A stretch of DNA of 64,000 nucleotides. It comes from Octopus sinensis (Eukaryota). Below, piece by piece: positions 26,421 through 39,318 of this stretch (the stretch's first letter is position 1; each line of letters begins with the position of its first letter). The notes under the pieces were generated by a model that saw only the letters and a list, made by a program, of their open reading frames with translations, did not search any database and had not been told where the DNA came from. The stretch covers positions 2,108,001 through 2,172,000 of the forward strand of contig NC_043020.1 of the NCBI RefSeq assembly GCF_006345805.1, read 5' to 3'. The position numbers were made by a program, and so were the translations under genes.

Positions 26421-26668
26421 AATATATGAATATAGATGCAAGTATATAACCAAAATTGGCAACTATAAGCATAAATTCCCGTTAATAGAATCCTTTATTT
26501 ATCCTACATACGAAGCGAAAAAACGGCCTCTACTTATTCCAGTATTCAACTTGGGTTTTAGTATACCCCCAGTCAGCTGTTAACCCCTTCACCCAGAATA
26601 AATTTCTATTGCATAACTTGTACCTAACCCTGTAGGTATATATGTATACATAAACACGCGCGTGCACA

Positions 26669-26710
<42 letters not shown>

Positions 26711-26784
26711 CATGCGTGAGGGGTTGATGGAGACTTTTTGGCTTTGGGCAAAAGAAAAGATAAGAGGATCAGTCAGCTGTGGTT

Positions 26785-26850
26785 TTATTCAACGTATTCC
26801 CCTCTCAGATTCACAAACTTATTGCAGAGGTCCTCCAGTTCTTTTGAGCG
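26785..26850 (-). mobile_element. Mariner transposase C-terminal relic
   Basis: RSKELEDLCNKFVNLRGEYVE* matches the typical mariner ending ...C...GEYVE*. Confidence 0.6.
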
Positions 26851-27042
26851 CTGTAAAAGAACTCCAACCAGACCTTTCGCGATACCCTTAAAATCAGGGA
26901 CTTTTCAGCCCACCCGCATTTATATATATATGATGATACTGAAAAATTTGCGGGGATGGAATTTTTTATATTTTATTAATGTATTGCTACATACGTTTCT
27001 GCGTAACACATATTTTTTGTGACTACATTCTCACATCAATAC

Positions 27043-27400
27043 TCTTTTACTCTTTTACTTGTTTCAGTCATTTGACTGTGGCCATGCTAGAGCACCGCCT
27101 TTAGTCGAGCAAATCGACCCCAGGACTTATTCTTTGTAAGCCTAGTACTTATTCTATCGGTCTCTTTTGCCGAACCGCTATATTACGGGGACGTAAACAC
27201 ACCAGCATCGGTTGTCAAGCGATGCTGGGGATAAACAGAGACACACATATACATATATAAATATATACGACGGGCTTCTGTCAGTTTCCGCCTACGAAAT
27301 CCACTCACAAGGCTTTGGTCGGCCCAAGGCTATAGCAGAAGACAATTGCCCAAGGTGCCACGTAGTGGGACTGAACCTAGGACCATGTGGTCGGTAAGCC
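27043..27400 (-). mobile_element. SINE family A, near full length
   Basis: tactcttttactcttttacttgtttcagtc... through ...gtgggactgaacctaggaccatgtgg. Confidence 0.85.
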
Positions 27401-27815
27401 TAGGATATTATTAGATATTTTTGTCTGTGGATCTTAAGGGAGTCCATTACTCCACGTGCATACTTTACAGGCACTTTACATTAATGGTTTTATCGATGTT
27501 TAACTTAGGGGTATTTACCGTTTCAAACCGTCTGTTGGATTTATTGGCCCATACTTTATTTACCCTACGCTATAGTGTAGGAGGAATAACAATATATCCC
27601 ATAGGATTATTCTGAGAGATGGGAATAATAAGCAGTAGCCAGCAACAAGTAGCATAGGAACGCTCCCCGAGGCATTTGCCGTAGACGAATTAAAAGCATA
27701 TATATGCAGAATTTAAGTTAGTTGGAATATGTTTGTGAAATATTCCAACTGCTAGAAGGCAAATACACAGCAGGTGAAACATGTCTCAAACACACACATA
27801 TATATATATAAATAC

Positions 27816-27888
<73 letters not shown>

Positions 27889-27889
27889 C

Positions 27890-28095
27890 CATGTTGATTC
27901 GTTAGCTACTGCACGCATTTTTTTTCTCTCCTTCTTTCTGTGTTTTTCTCTCTCTGTGTATCTTTCTGTTGAAGAGCGTAGGCTCGAAACGTTAAAGACT
28001 TGTTTTATTTATATTTCCTGAGCGCCATACTAATACAATTGTTCGTTTGTTTTCCACCTGCCTTCGTCTTTTGTTTATTTTCATAAAGCTTCCCG

Positions 28096-28100
<5 letters not shown>
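27890..28100 (+). mobile_element. About 200-bp (TA)n-flanked element containing a hammerhead-like motif (27961-27998); Penelope pseudo-LTR-like
   Basis: tcttt CTGTTGA a gagc-gtag-gctc GAAA cg TT aaaga (stem I tcttt/aaaga, ACGT palindrome, A6->U in the core). The 3' part ccacctgccttcgtcttttgtttattttcataaagcttccc recurs at about 7450-7495. Confidence 0.55.
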
Positions 28101-28133
<33 letters not shown>

Positions 28134-29824
28134 TATATATATACATGCATACATATGTATATGTTGTGGTTGGAATAATTGTAGACATTTCAGTGGCGAT
28201 GTATAAATGTCAAAAATAGTATCCGTTTCTTCGCATGGTGTAATTTCGATCTAGGGATCTTCGGGTTAAGAACACAGCACATGCACACTGTACCGCCGCT
28301 CTGCTTTGCGAGTGATTTACCAAATATAGTGGTAAGAAACATTCAAGTGAGCTGAACAGCAGAAGGTCTTCGGAGAAGAGACCCCGATCAGCAAAACAAA
28401 TATAGCGAACACAAGAGCGTTATTGTCTGTTCCGGGTTACATTATTTCTATTTCATAACCTAAACAAACAAACGAATAAACAACAACTTTATTTCTCTGC
28501 AATGCACAGTTTGTAATGTACGAAATACTAAATATAGTAGCAATACAATACATACTGCAGTACTGAGGTGGGTTAATTTACTTACTAAAAGGCGACATTT
28601 CCTTCTGTCTGTATTCCGATAGTTGCAGTTGACAAACCACAAGTATAGATCTAGGCGAAGCCAATTTATCTTCTTTGTGTGTGTGGTGGGGGTGTCTCTT
28701 TCTTTGCCATTTTCAGATCAGCCAGAAGCAAATCAGTTCGATAAATGCCTCCACAGTGCAGCGTAGCGAGCGAACTTGCTGGTTCAGTTATTAAGTTAAC
28801 TTAAGCAGGTTGCGACATTTGCATGCGTTTGTTCTCAGTTAAAAGAAACGGTTCCTTTTTAATCTTTAGAAAGATAGAAAGAAAGAAGAAAGAAAGAAGA
28901 AAAAAAGAAAGAAAGAAAGGAGAACCAGAATTTATCAGTTCGATAATAAAGTCGAAAGAAGAATATTTGAAATGTCTTCGACAATCGAACGGAATCGATG
29001 TGAAGAAAGTGAATTTAGCTTTACCAAGTTGACGAGTCAATCGATCCTTATTAGTGGTTAAAGCAGAACTAGTTGCGATCGATCTGTTCATTGAAAGAAC
29101 CGAAATTATGAATCAATTGATTTGTACCGTTGATGCTATCAAGAACACACAACACCAAACGTAGAGAAGTATTTTTGATACTTTGATTACATATTTTCCA
29201 CAAATTACGTCTTTCATGGTAAAAAAAAAATAAAAGCCAGGTATTGGTGTTTTGCATTCGTAGCTGATACTAAATTATCAATGGTTTCGTATTGGTATCC
29301 CTGGTATAACAACATAATGTGAATATATTTATTTACGCATTACATTTAAGCATTTTAGAGGAATGCCGATATGGAAAAGCGACTTTTGTGTTAAATTACG
29401 TTAGGTTAACAGTCATTTTTTAAAATCTTTTTTTTATGAAATCAAGACCGTTTGTGATTCGGCTCTTTCAAAAACATCTTTTAGGAGAAGGATGCTGATT
29501 ATCAATGTTTGATGTTACTTACAGAGAAGCTAAGAGGTTGCCAAGGTGAAGGGAAATTCTTATATCATATTTATTACTTGAAAGACGAACTGAATGTTGC
29601 CTTTTGTTTTTTTTTGTTTTTTTTTGTTTTTTTTCAATCCAAAGAAAACTAAAGACTTTTTTTTCTTCGCTAGATATCCCAACATTAAGCTTTGGTGTGT
29701 GTTTATCAGAGTTGCTTGGAAGAAATATGAACGTTTGATCAACGCGGGTACTTAATATATACAGACAAACATGAAAAGCATACTTACTTCAAAAGATATT
29801 CTATTGGTATTTCAAACGACACCA

Positions 29825-30690
29825 GGCGGAGAGCTGGCGCAATCGTTAGAAGGCCGCCAAATAAAACACTTTACAGCATTTCATCCGAATTTATGCTCTT
29901 CAAATTGCACCGAGGTCGAATTAACCTTTCAGGGTCGATAAAATAAAGTAATATTTGAGCATTGATTTCGATGTAAAGGCCTTAACTCCTACCCTTAATG
30001 CTGGTGGCCGTGTGTTAAAATTTAAAAGTAATATTTCAAACGATCCAGCGCAGTGAACCGATAGAATCGTAAGCATGCTGGACGAAATGCCTAGCGGTAT
30101 TTCGCCTGTCGCAACGTTCTGAGTTCAAATTCCGCTGAGGTCGACTTTGCCGTTCATCTTTTCAGGGTCGATAAAATAAAGTAATGTTTGGGCATTGATT
30201 TCGATGTAAAGGCCTTAACTCCTACCCTTAATGCTGGTGGCTGTGTCTTAAAATTTTGAAAGTAATATTTCAAACGACCCAGCGCAGTGAGCCGGTATTT
30301 CGCCTATCGCAACGTTCTGAGTTCAAATTCCGCTGAGGTCGACTTTGCCGTTCATCATTTCAGAGTCGATAAAATAAAGTAATATTTGAGCATTGATTTC
30401 GGTGTAAAGGCCTTAACTCCTACCCTTAATGTTGGTAGCTGTGTCTTAAAATTTTGAAAGTAATATTTCAAACGACCCAGCGCAGTGAACCGATAAAATC
30501 GTAAGCACGCTGGACGAAATGCCAAGCGGTATTTCGCCTGTCACAACGTTCTGAGTTCAAATTCCGCCGAGGTCGACTTTGCCTTTGATCTTTTCGGGGT
30601 CGATAAATTAGGTACCAGTAAAACACTGGGGTCGATGCAATCGATTATTCCCCCTCCCCCAAATTTCAGGCCTTGTACCTACAGTAGAAA
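29825..30690 (+). mobile_element. Tandem array of four family-B-related SINE units
   Basis: g(g/a)gtcgataaa anchors at 29932, 30165, 30363 and 30597 (periods 233, 198, 234). Units 2-4 have an intact gagttcaaattccg B-box; unit 1's is degenerate. Confidence 0.85.
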
Positions 30691-30924
30691 AGAATCGTTA
30701 GCATTCTAGGCAAAGTGCTTAGTGTCATTTCTTACGACTTCTTTTGCTTGTTTCAGTCATGTGACTGCGGCCATGCTAGAGCACCGCATTTAGTCGAGCA
30801 AATCGACCACAGGACTTATTCTTTGTAAGCCTAGTACTTATTCTATCGTTCCCTTTTGCCGAACCGCTGAGTTACGGGGACGTAAACACACCAGCATCGG
30901 TTCTCAAGCGATGTTAGCGGGACA

Positions 30925-30966
<42 letters not shown>

Positions 30967-31121
30967 GGGGGGTGTATATGTCTATATGTGTGTCTTTGTG
31001 TCTGTTTGTTCCCCCCATCACCCCTTGGTAACCGGTGCTGGTGTGTCTACATCTCGTAACTTAGCAGTTCAGCCGAAGAGCGATAGAATAAGTTCTAGGC
31101 TTATATATATATTTTTTTAAC

Positions 31122-31364
31122 GAATAAAAAATTTTGAATGGTACAACAATGCACTATAATACAATGGTCTATATACCTGTTATAATTTAGTCATCCATAG
31201 TCTGCTATAATCGGTTATAGCAGCGACTCCATCTAAGAATATCTGAAGCAGGAATATTATTCCGAAATATCATATCAGACTATGGATGACTAAATTACAA
31301 CAGGTATACACAGACCATTGTCTGTATTATAGTGCATTGTTGTACCATTCATAACTTTTTATTC
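31122..31364. mobile_element. Foldback element (about 85-bp arms, 71-nt loop) with a hammerhead-like motif in the loop (31239-31275, plus strand)
   Basis: Arms 31122-31204 and 31276-31364 are reverse complements. The loop contains atat CTGAAGC a ggaa-tatta-ttcc GAAA ta TC atat. Confidence 0.8.
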
Positions 31365-31434
31365 TTTACAAACAATACACAATGCTTCAAGCGAACTGCA
31401 GTACTCTCCTATATATACATATATATATATATAT

Positions 31435-31514
<80 letters not shown>

Positions 31515-31541
31515 TATACACATATATATATATATATATAC

Positions 31542-31572
<31 letters not shown>

Positions 31573-31655
31573 TGTATGTATGTATGTATGTATGTATGTA
31601 CGTATATGTATATGTAAATATCTATCTATCTATCTCACTCGCTCTTACTCTCGCT

Positions 31656-31686
<31 letters not shown>

Positions 31687-33629
31687 CTCCCACTGACACT
31701 TACACACGTATTCTTTTCACACACACACACACGAGTTTGTGCATACATGTGTGTGCAGCAAAAGTTAAACTTGGTTTTGTTGTTTAGCTTCAAGTTTGCC
31801 TTAAGCTGACTTATAATCGAAGACGTTCCCACGATGACCGTCTCGTCTTATGTAGGATTAGATTTTCTTATGACAGGTTTTAATATTCTGGGAAACATGA
31901 CTGCTGTTTCTTGCATTTTGTTTGACCACATACGGGCTGACAGGGTTTCACTCATCTTAACGTCACGTGATTGTCAATTATGGTATAAAGTCTAACTTCT
32001 GCTCATGTCACATCTATGCTACAACGTGCGCGCGCACCCACACCCACACCCACCCACCCACACACACACGTACACTCCCCCACACACTCACACATACACA
32101 CGTGCACACACAGATGTGTGCGTGGTAAGGACGGGGTCAAAATGTGTATTTGAATTTCTGAATGCGCAAATGGTATGATTCTGTCTTGTCTGTGCGTCGC
32201 AATGGAGAAGTGAAATTTGATCCCAATGTCAAGGTGAAACTGTGTGCCTGTATTGCTTGTGTGTGTGTGTGTGTGTGGTGTGTGTGTGTGTGTGTGTCTG
32301 TGTGTGTGTGTGTGCGTATTTGCGTATGTATATGTGTGAATATATGTGTGTTTGTGTGTCAGTGTGTTTGTATGTACACTCAGTAAAGACGAATTTTTTG
32401 AATGTGTATGTATATGTATATGGACGTATGTCTGTATTATGTATGTTTATATGCTTATATTTACATATTCTAACACACCCACGCACACAGACGCACAACC
32501 ACGCACACAGACGCACAACCACGCACACACGTATATACATATATCCACACACACACACACGCACGCGCTTACATATGCACGCATTCACACACATATGTCC
32601 GTGGGTGCGTGTGTGTGTGTGTGAATGCTTTATAGACATGTGTATGTATGTATGGATACATGTGTATCTGACCATTTAAGAATATATAGTAACAACAACA
32701 ACAACAACAACAATAGCAACAACAACGACGACGACGACGATGATGATGATGATGATTATTATTATTATTATTAAAATAATGAACTGCCGGACTACATGTT
32801 CACACAGCACACGAATCAAGAGAAAGCATTTTTGTTCAGTATTGGGGCACAGCACGATTTAACGAGACATTATTCAAAGCTTCCAGTCTATATAAACTAT
32901 ATACGCATACGTGTGTGTATACATACATATATACACACTCACACACACGCACACATATATATATAGCTGTTTGTTTACGTATATGTCAAGTAAGGTAAGC
33001 TACCCACCCGTTTTTTTCTGTTCGTTTTAGTTACTCGTTTTTACTAAACAATATTCTCGTGAAGTGTGTTGTTGTTTAACCCCAGGCAATCAGCCCCGAG
33101 TGAAAGAAGCTATGTTGAAATCCACTCCAGCTTCGAGTATTCCCTTCCCTGTGGTTATAGGGGTAACGGCGAAGTTTCGGATCAGCGGCTGTGAAATTCG
33201 TCCGCACACTCTTTTCATTATTGTTGAGAAAGGTCGATGCCCATAAGGATATCCGTTTCCCTACCGTTGACTCGTTGTGTACGCGTCATCCCTGTCCCCA
33301 ACTCGAGTCGGTCAGCGACGAAAGACAGGTAACAATCCGTGCTTTCGTTGCTCTAAGTGAATTGGATGTATCGGATATCCTGCGGACATTGCGAGCGTAG
33401 TGTTCGCCGAGTGATGAGGGCGAACGGCTGGACAGCGGCAAGAACAGACAGACACGCATACACATTCGCAAAGACCTGCATGTAGATGGGGCTATCGGGT
33501 GGAGCTAGTTCGTTGGATCATTATTCTTGACCAGACTATCAGATGTTGCTACACATCGCTGGTCACAATGCGCTCTGCATTGTTTTAGCCTTCAAATGAC
33601 ACCACCCCACTGGCTAAGCGAGCAGGCCA

Positions 33630-33813
33630 ACAGAAGAAAGAGTGAGAGAAAGTTGTGGCGAAAGAGTACATCAGGGATCCCCACAACCCTCCTGCTGGAG
33701 CCTCGGGGAGCTTTGGGTGTTTTCGCTCAATAAACGCAACGCCCGGTCTGGGGATCGAAACCGCGATCCTACGACCGCGAGTCCGCTGCCCTAACCACTA
33801 GGCCATTGCGCCT
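33630..33813 (-). mobile_element. tRNA-derived SINE, family C (5' part)
   Basis: Reverse complement aggcgcaatggcctagtggttagggcagcggactcgcggtcgtaggatcgcggtttcgatcccc; related heads at 43884 and 45504. Confidence 0.8.
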
Positions 33814-34406
33814 ACACAGGATCATTATAGCGTCGAAGAATATGCCTTGAGATATTACGTACGACATATTACGTACTGAATTCCTACACTGTAGACGTCA
33901 GCTTTACATTCTTAAATATTTCTGGTGTCGATTAAACAACAAAATCTCCCTGGTTGGTTGACTGGTAGAACTGTTTGAGTGTTCGATAGGGGTTGCGTCT
34001 TATTGATAAGGTTTCCGGACCATTTTGTAGTGAATTTCTATAACGCCACGATTAACTATGTCCCTTATCGTTTCATGTCTCCAGAGGCTCCGCGAGAAAT
34101 AGACTGGACCCGGAACCATATGGTTCAGAACCAATCTTCTTACCACACAGCCACGCCTGCACCTATGCAAATATATCTTTTAGTCCTGGGTATGAGTTTA
34201 AACACCATCCTGTACTCGGGTACGGCTTCGGTAGTTCTAAAGTTTTGAAAAGTGTAGTCCACCTCCTAGATATTTTTGTTCCCAGATCTATTCTAAACGG
34301 AATTTTAAAAGCACCTCCCGATCCTGGAATCGATCTCGCAATCATGAGGTTGTGAGCACAACATCACTAACCACTAACCACCATTTTTGAGGGTCCCGGT
34401 TATGAG

Positions 34407-34626
34407 TTAACCATTTAGTGTTCAAGTCATTCTATGAAGCATATTGCTTATCTATTCACATTGTTTTGTATTAATCATGCATTACCACAAATCCTTGAGA
34501 TTTCGATGATGTTAATGTAAAATGACATTGTAGGGTAAATGAGAGAGCCTGGACCTAGTCAGTTTGAACATAAGGAAGATGGAATATTTTGGCCAGATAT
34601 GGCCAGTTTAAATGCCAAAGGGTTTT
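34407..34626. mobile_element. Non-autonomous DNA transposon, piggyBac-like termini
   Basis: Begins TTAA-CCATTTAG and ends TAAATGCCAAAGGG-TT, i.e. imperfect short TIRs with a TTAA-type flank. Confidence 0.5.
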
Positions 34627-35045
34627 TTCAAGGTTTCTCAAAGCATAAAAAAACAGCAAGATACTGCAGTGCAGGGTGTGATTTTTAAGTAGAAATGTTT
34701 ACTATTTCTAGCATTTCGAGTGACTTTGATTAATAAGTAAATGCCGTTTCGTCGATCGTCAGGTATCTCTCTATGAGCAAGATGCAGTGAAAAAATAAAG
34801 AAGCCATTCAGTTTAGCTCACATTCCTTATAGTTCTTTCTTCATTAATTTGGAAATGCTATCGTCTGTTGCTCTGTTTTACCAATCTGCAAATCTTCCTA
34901 ATATTTTTATTTTATTTTCCCAATTTAGTGCTAGTTATGAACAATATGATTTTATTCGTCTTTCCGGCTGATAGCCTAAAGTAGAGATCGATAATACATA
35001 CATATATGTATACACGTATGAGTGTATGTGTATGAGTGTGTATGT

Positions 35046-35092
<47 letters not shown>

Positions 35093-35172
35093 TATATATC
35101 CATATATATATATATATCCATATATATATATATATATATCTATATATATATATCCATACATATATATATGTA

Positions 35173-35259
<87 letters not shown>

Positions 35260-35574
35260 CCAAAAATATAAAAATATGAATTAGCCTTACATTGTCAAGT
35301 GTATTTGGTAAGTAGGAAAAGATAAGAAATTTTCAATTTTATTATAAATTTGATATTGATTTTCTTTAAATTTGAAAAAAAAATGTAACAAAAGATAATG
35401 TTTTTAATTTTAAATTTAACTTTATTTGCGCTAATGTAAAGTTTTCGTTTTATTTCTTTTATTTACTTATCGCAGGGCTGAGGGCGGGGGGAGGGGATTA
35501 AGCTTAGAATTTAAATTGGCAAAATTACTGATGTTTTTGTTTTTAGCTTACATCAACCTATTATCATGCAGAGC

Positions 35575-35640
35575 AGTGATAAGATGGCGTCGCTGACGTG
35601 ACGATGGTTGGCCTTCTTCGTCATTGGTCACGATATCACA
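35575..35640. promoter_or_regulatory. Candidate core promoter motif cluster between the two ankyrin genes
   Basis: AAGATGGCG (YY1-like, 35581), TGACGTGA (CRE-like, 35594) and ATTGG (reverse CCAAT, 35623) in a CpG-rich patch following an AT-rich stretch. Confidence 0.3.
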
Positions 35641-36535
35641 GAGACATTAACTTAACCATCTACGCTCTACCTGGGCTATTTCCAGGAGCTGGAAATACCT
35701 GGCTCCAATTACGCTTACCGCCTCTCCACTCATGGATAAGCCATGGAAAACGAACAACTCAATAGATTTACTACCCCCGTTGATCCGCACGCGATACTAG
35801 CAAATTTTGAGCGTCGGTGATTGATCCATTCCACTCACATAAGTATTTGAGTGACACTTCACTTTTCGAGGTCAAAAGAACGGAAAGCAAATTTGACCTC
35901 GGTTAGTTTTAAATTTAGAACGTAAAGAGCTAGAATCAATACCACAAGGAATTCTTCCATCGTTGCTTCGATTCTCTCATTTCATCTCATTCGATCTTTT
36001 ATGTTAGCCTCTAAGCGTTGGATTGGAATGAAAAGCTACAAAACGAAGGCTTCGGCAAGTTCTCTCCACCAACCACAGTCCGACGTGGAGGCCGTGAATT
36101 TGAGCTTGAGACCATACTGGTTCGATGAACCTACTCTGTCACACTTGCTCGACATGGCTTGGCAGAGGGGTGCAGCTGCTTTTTATACTCACACCTAGGA
36201 GTAACAAAGTGTTTGAGCTCGCTGCACTTACCTGTGACCGATAACAGCATCAATATGAGACAAGACATGATGCATCACGAGTTTTCTGGACACTCCTGCT
36301 TCAGCATGGGATAACATTGTGGTATTCTAATTTATGAGAAGTCTGTCTGTTAATTTCAGAGATGTATCTGACAAGTGATTTTGATCCGAAAACGAAAGTA
36401 GAATGGAACTAAACCAATTGTGGATAGGAAAATAATATACTAATTTTTCACTGGATAAAGGCAAAGTGCCAGCAGAACTGTTAGCACGCTGTGCAAAGCG
36501 CTTATCGGTATTTCGTCTGCCGTATTTCGTTAAAA

Positions 36536-36950
36536 GGCGGCGAGCTGGCAGAAACTTAGCACGCGCCGGCGAAATGCGTAGCCGTATTTCGTCTGTCGTT
36601 ACGTTGTGAGTTCAAATTCCCCGAGGTCGACTTGCCTTTCATCCTTTCGGGTCGATAAATTAAGTACCAGTTACGCACTGGGGTCGATGTAATCGACTTA
36701 ATACTATGTCTGTCCTTGTTTGTCCCCTCTGTGTTTAGCCCCTTGTGGGTAATAAAGAAATAGGTTTTTTCGTCTGCCGCTACGTTCTGAGTTCAAATTC
36801 CGCCGAGGTCGACTTTGCCTTTCATCCTTTCGGGTCGATAAATTAAGTACCAGTTACGCACTGGGGTCGATGTAATTGACTTAATCTCTTTGTCTGTCCT
36901 TGATTTTACCCTCTGTGTTTAACCTCTTGTGGGCAATAAAGAAATAAGAA
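36536..36950 (+). mobile_element. SINE family B: head plus two tandem body units
   Basis: Head ggcggcgagctggcagaaac at 36536. The second unit starts after gaaatagg at 36765, the same junction as in the 22575-23324 array. Confidence 0.85.
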
Positions 36951-37377
36951 ATCACGGCTGATGAAGTTGTAGAAATTCTCCAAAAACTGTTACCATCTCT
37001 TTCCGGAGGTATGACAAGGAGTCGAATCCTGCTACCACACATATGGTCTTCCAGCAGTAATCCACTCGGGAAAAGGTTTGCCCACAGGCTATAAGAGATT
37101 TATATAGTCGTCTGTTCAAATATGTGGAACGGTGTGACATCACCCTCACGGGATACATACTCAAGGACCATCAGAGTCTGGGGTCACTTGGTTTTTATGA
37201 CGCCTGTATGCCGTCTCACAGCCTTTACAATATTCACAGAGCAGCAGCCATGATGTCGGCATTTTGATACCCGACGCGAATCATCGTGATTCGAAGAACT
37301 CTTTTCCAATATTCCATTCTTCCATGTCAGATAAATGTAATATGTATGTATGTGTGGTGAGTGCGTGTGCATATATG

Positions 37378-37441
<64 letters not shown>

Positions 37442-38086
37442 GATAATATGATATAAAGTATATACGAATACATATATGTAAGCACATTGACTATGTACTC
37501 ATGTCTTCCATAGACTTCAATAAAAATTTCTGCATGTGTATATGTAAGAATATATGTGTGTGTGTATGTATGTATATATAATTATATATATATATATATA
37601 TGTATGCATGTATGTAAGTATGTATGTATGCATGCATGTATGTATGTATGTATGTATGTATGTAGTATGTATGTATGTATGTATGTATGTATGTATGTAT
37701 GCATGTATGTATGCATGTATGCATGCATGTATGCATGTATGCATGCATGTATGCATGTATGCATGCATGTATGCATGTATGCATGCATGTATGCATGTAT
37801 GTATGCAATGTATGCGTGCATGCATGTAATTGCATTTTGCAGCTGTAATATGTTTGCAAAAAAAACAAGTAAAAAAACCTCCGCATTCAGTTGCAAACGA
37901 GTTATCGAATTCACGAAATTGAAGTTTATTTTCTTAAAACATGGAACACGTAAAACAGATATTTGTTACACAATTACCTTTAACACCTGTATACGCGCGC
38001 ACGCACACACTCACACACACACAAACGCACACATATACACACACACAGACGCACACACATGCACACAGACAGATATTGTCGGCGAT

Positions 38087-38190
38087 ATAAGAACTTAGAA
38101 ACTTTGAAAGAAAGGGAAATATTTTTTTGGAACAGCGTTACTTGAAGCAGATAAGGTTACAAATAACACTCTGTAAATATTGAATTAAAA
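38087..38190 (+). repeat. Copy of the locus-associated repeat, with candidate 37-nt mini-exon (38136-38172)
   Basis: ataagaacttagaaac...tttttttggaacAG|cgttacttgaagcagataaggttacaaataacactct|GTAAAT aligns with 11808-11895. Confidence 0.5.
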
Positions 38191-38542
38191 ATCGAAGGCT
38201 CTCTGAGAGACTCAAGTCTACATGTTCCCATAATGACAAGCGTTCTACCACCAGACAAAAGCAATCCTTTGATTGGCTCTCTTCAATTTAGAAACTTTAT
38301 TCTTACTATTCAGAATTGTATGTTGATATAGGATTTCATTATAGGGACAACTCTTCTGCCAAACGATCGTAAGATGCTTAAATAATTTATTCAAAACTTT
38401 TAAATTATCAAATTTATTTTATATATTATATTCATATTTTTACATTTATTTATATATATATTTAATACAATAAGTATTTTCACACGGGTATATCTTTATG
38501 ATGAGTTTGGATATTAATTTCCTTACATTAATAATAATACTC

Positions 38543-39005
38543 TTTACTCTTTTACTCTTTTACTTGTTTCAGTCATTTGACTGCGGCCATGCTGGAGCAC
38601 CGCCTTTAGTCGAGCAAATCGACCCCGGGACTTATTCTTTGTAAGCCCAGTACTTATTATATCGGTCTCTTTTGCCGAACCGCTAGGTGACGGGGACGTA
38701 AACACACCAGCATCGGTTGTCAAGCAATGCTAGGGGGACAAACACACATACACAAACACACACACATACACACACACACACACAATATATATATATCTAT
38801 TATATATATATATAATTTATATATATATATATACATATATACGACAGGCTTCTTTCAGTTTCCGTCTACCAAATCAACTCACAAGGCTTTGGTCGGCCCG
38901 GGGCTATAGCAGAAGACACTTACCCAAGATGCCACGCAGTGTGACTGAACCTGGAACCATGTGGTTGGTTAGCAAGCTACTTACCACACAGCCACTCCTG
39001 CGCCT
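38543..39005 (-). mobile_element. SINE family A, full length, young; about 300 bp upstream of the paralogue-2 acceptor
   Basis: Near-identical to 2084-2498. Confidence 0.9.
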
Positions 39006-39318
39006 ATATATATAAGGCGCATATATATATGCGCCTATATAATATATTATTAAAAAATGTATGTTGATAGTAAGAATATATTTTCTAAAATGGATAGTGA
39101 AGTTCAGAATATTCCTTTGGTCCAATGGTAAAGCGCATGTAACACTCATAACATTCTGTCAGGTCTTCCATACCATTTAATAACAGCTTGCCTTGTCTCC
39201 TCGCGACTTAAAAATTTTTATGACCGTGTAAGACGTGAAGATTCTATCAGATACCTTACATATATATTTGACTTTTTCTTTCTTTTTTTTCTTCATGCAG
39301 AGAAATTTTTCAACAAAA

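Noticed and set aside
39000-39041. Overlapping short palindromes ggcgc-(at)n-gcgcc at the head of the SINE upstream of paralogue 2
   Set aside because: Short and mostly (AT)n, which is self-complementary; explainable by local duplication of the SINE's first bases.
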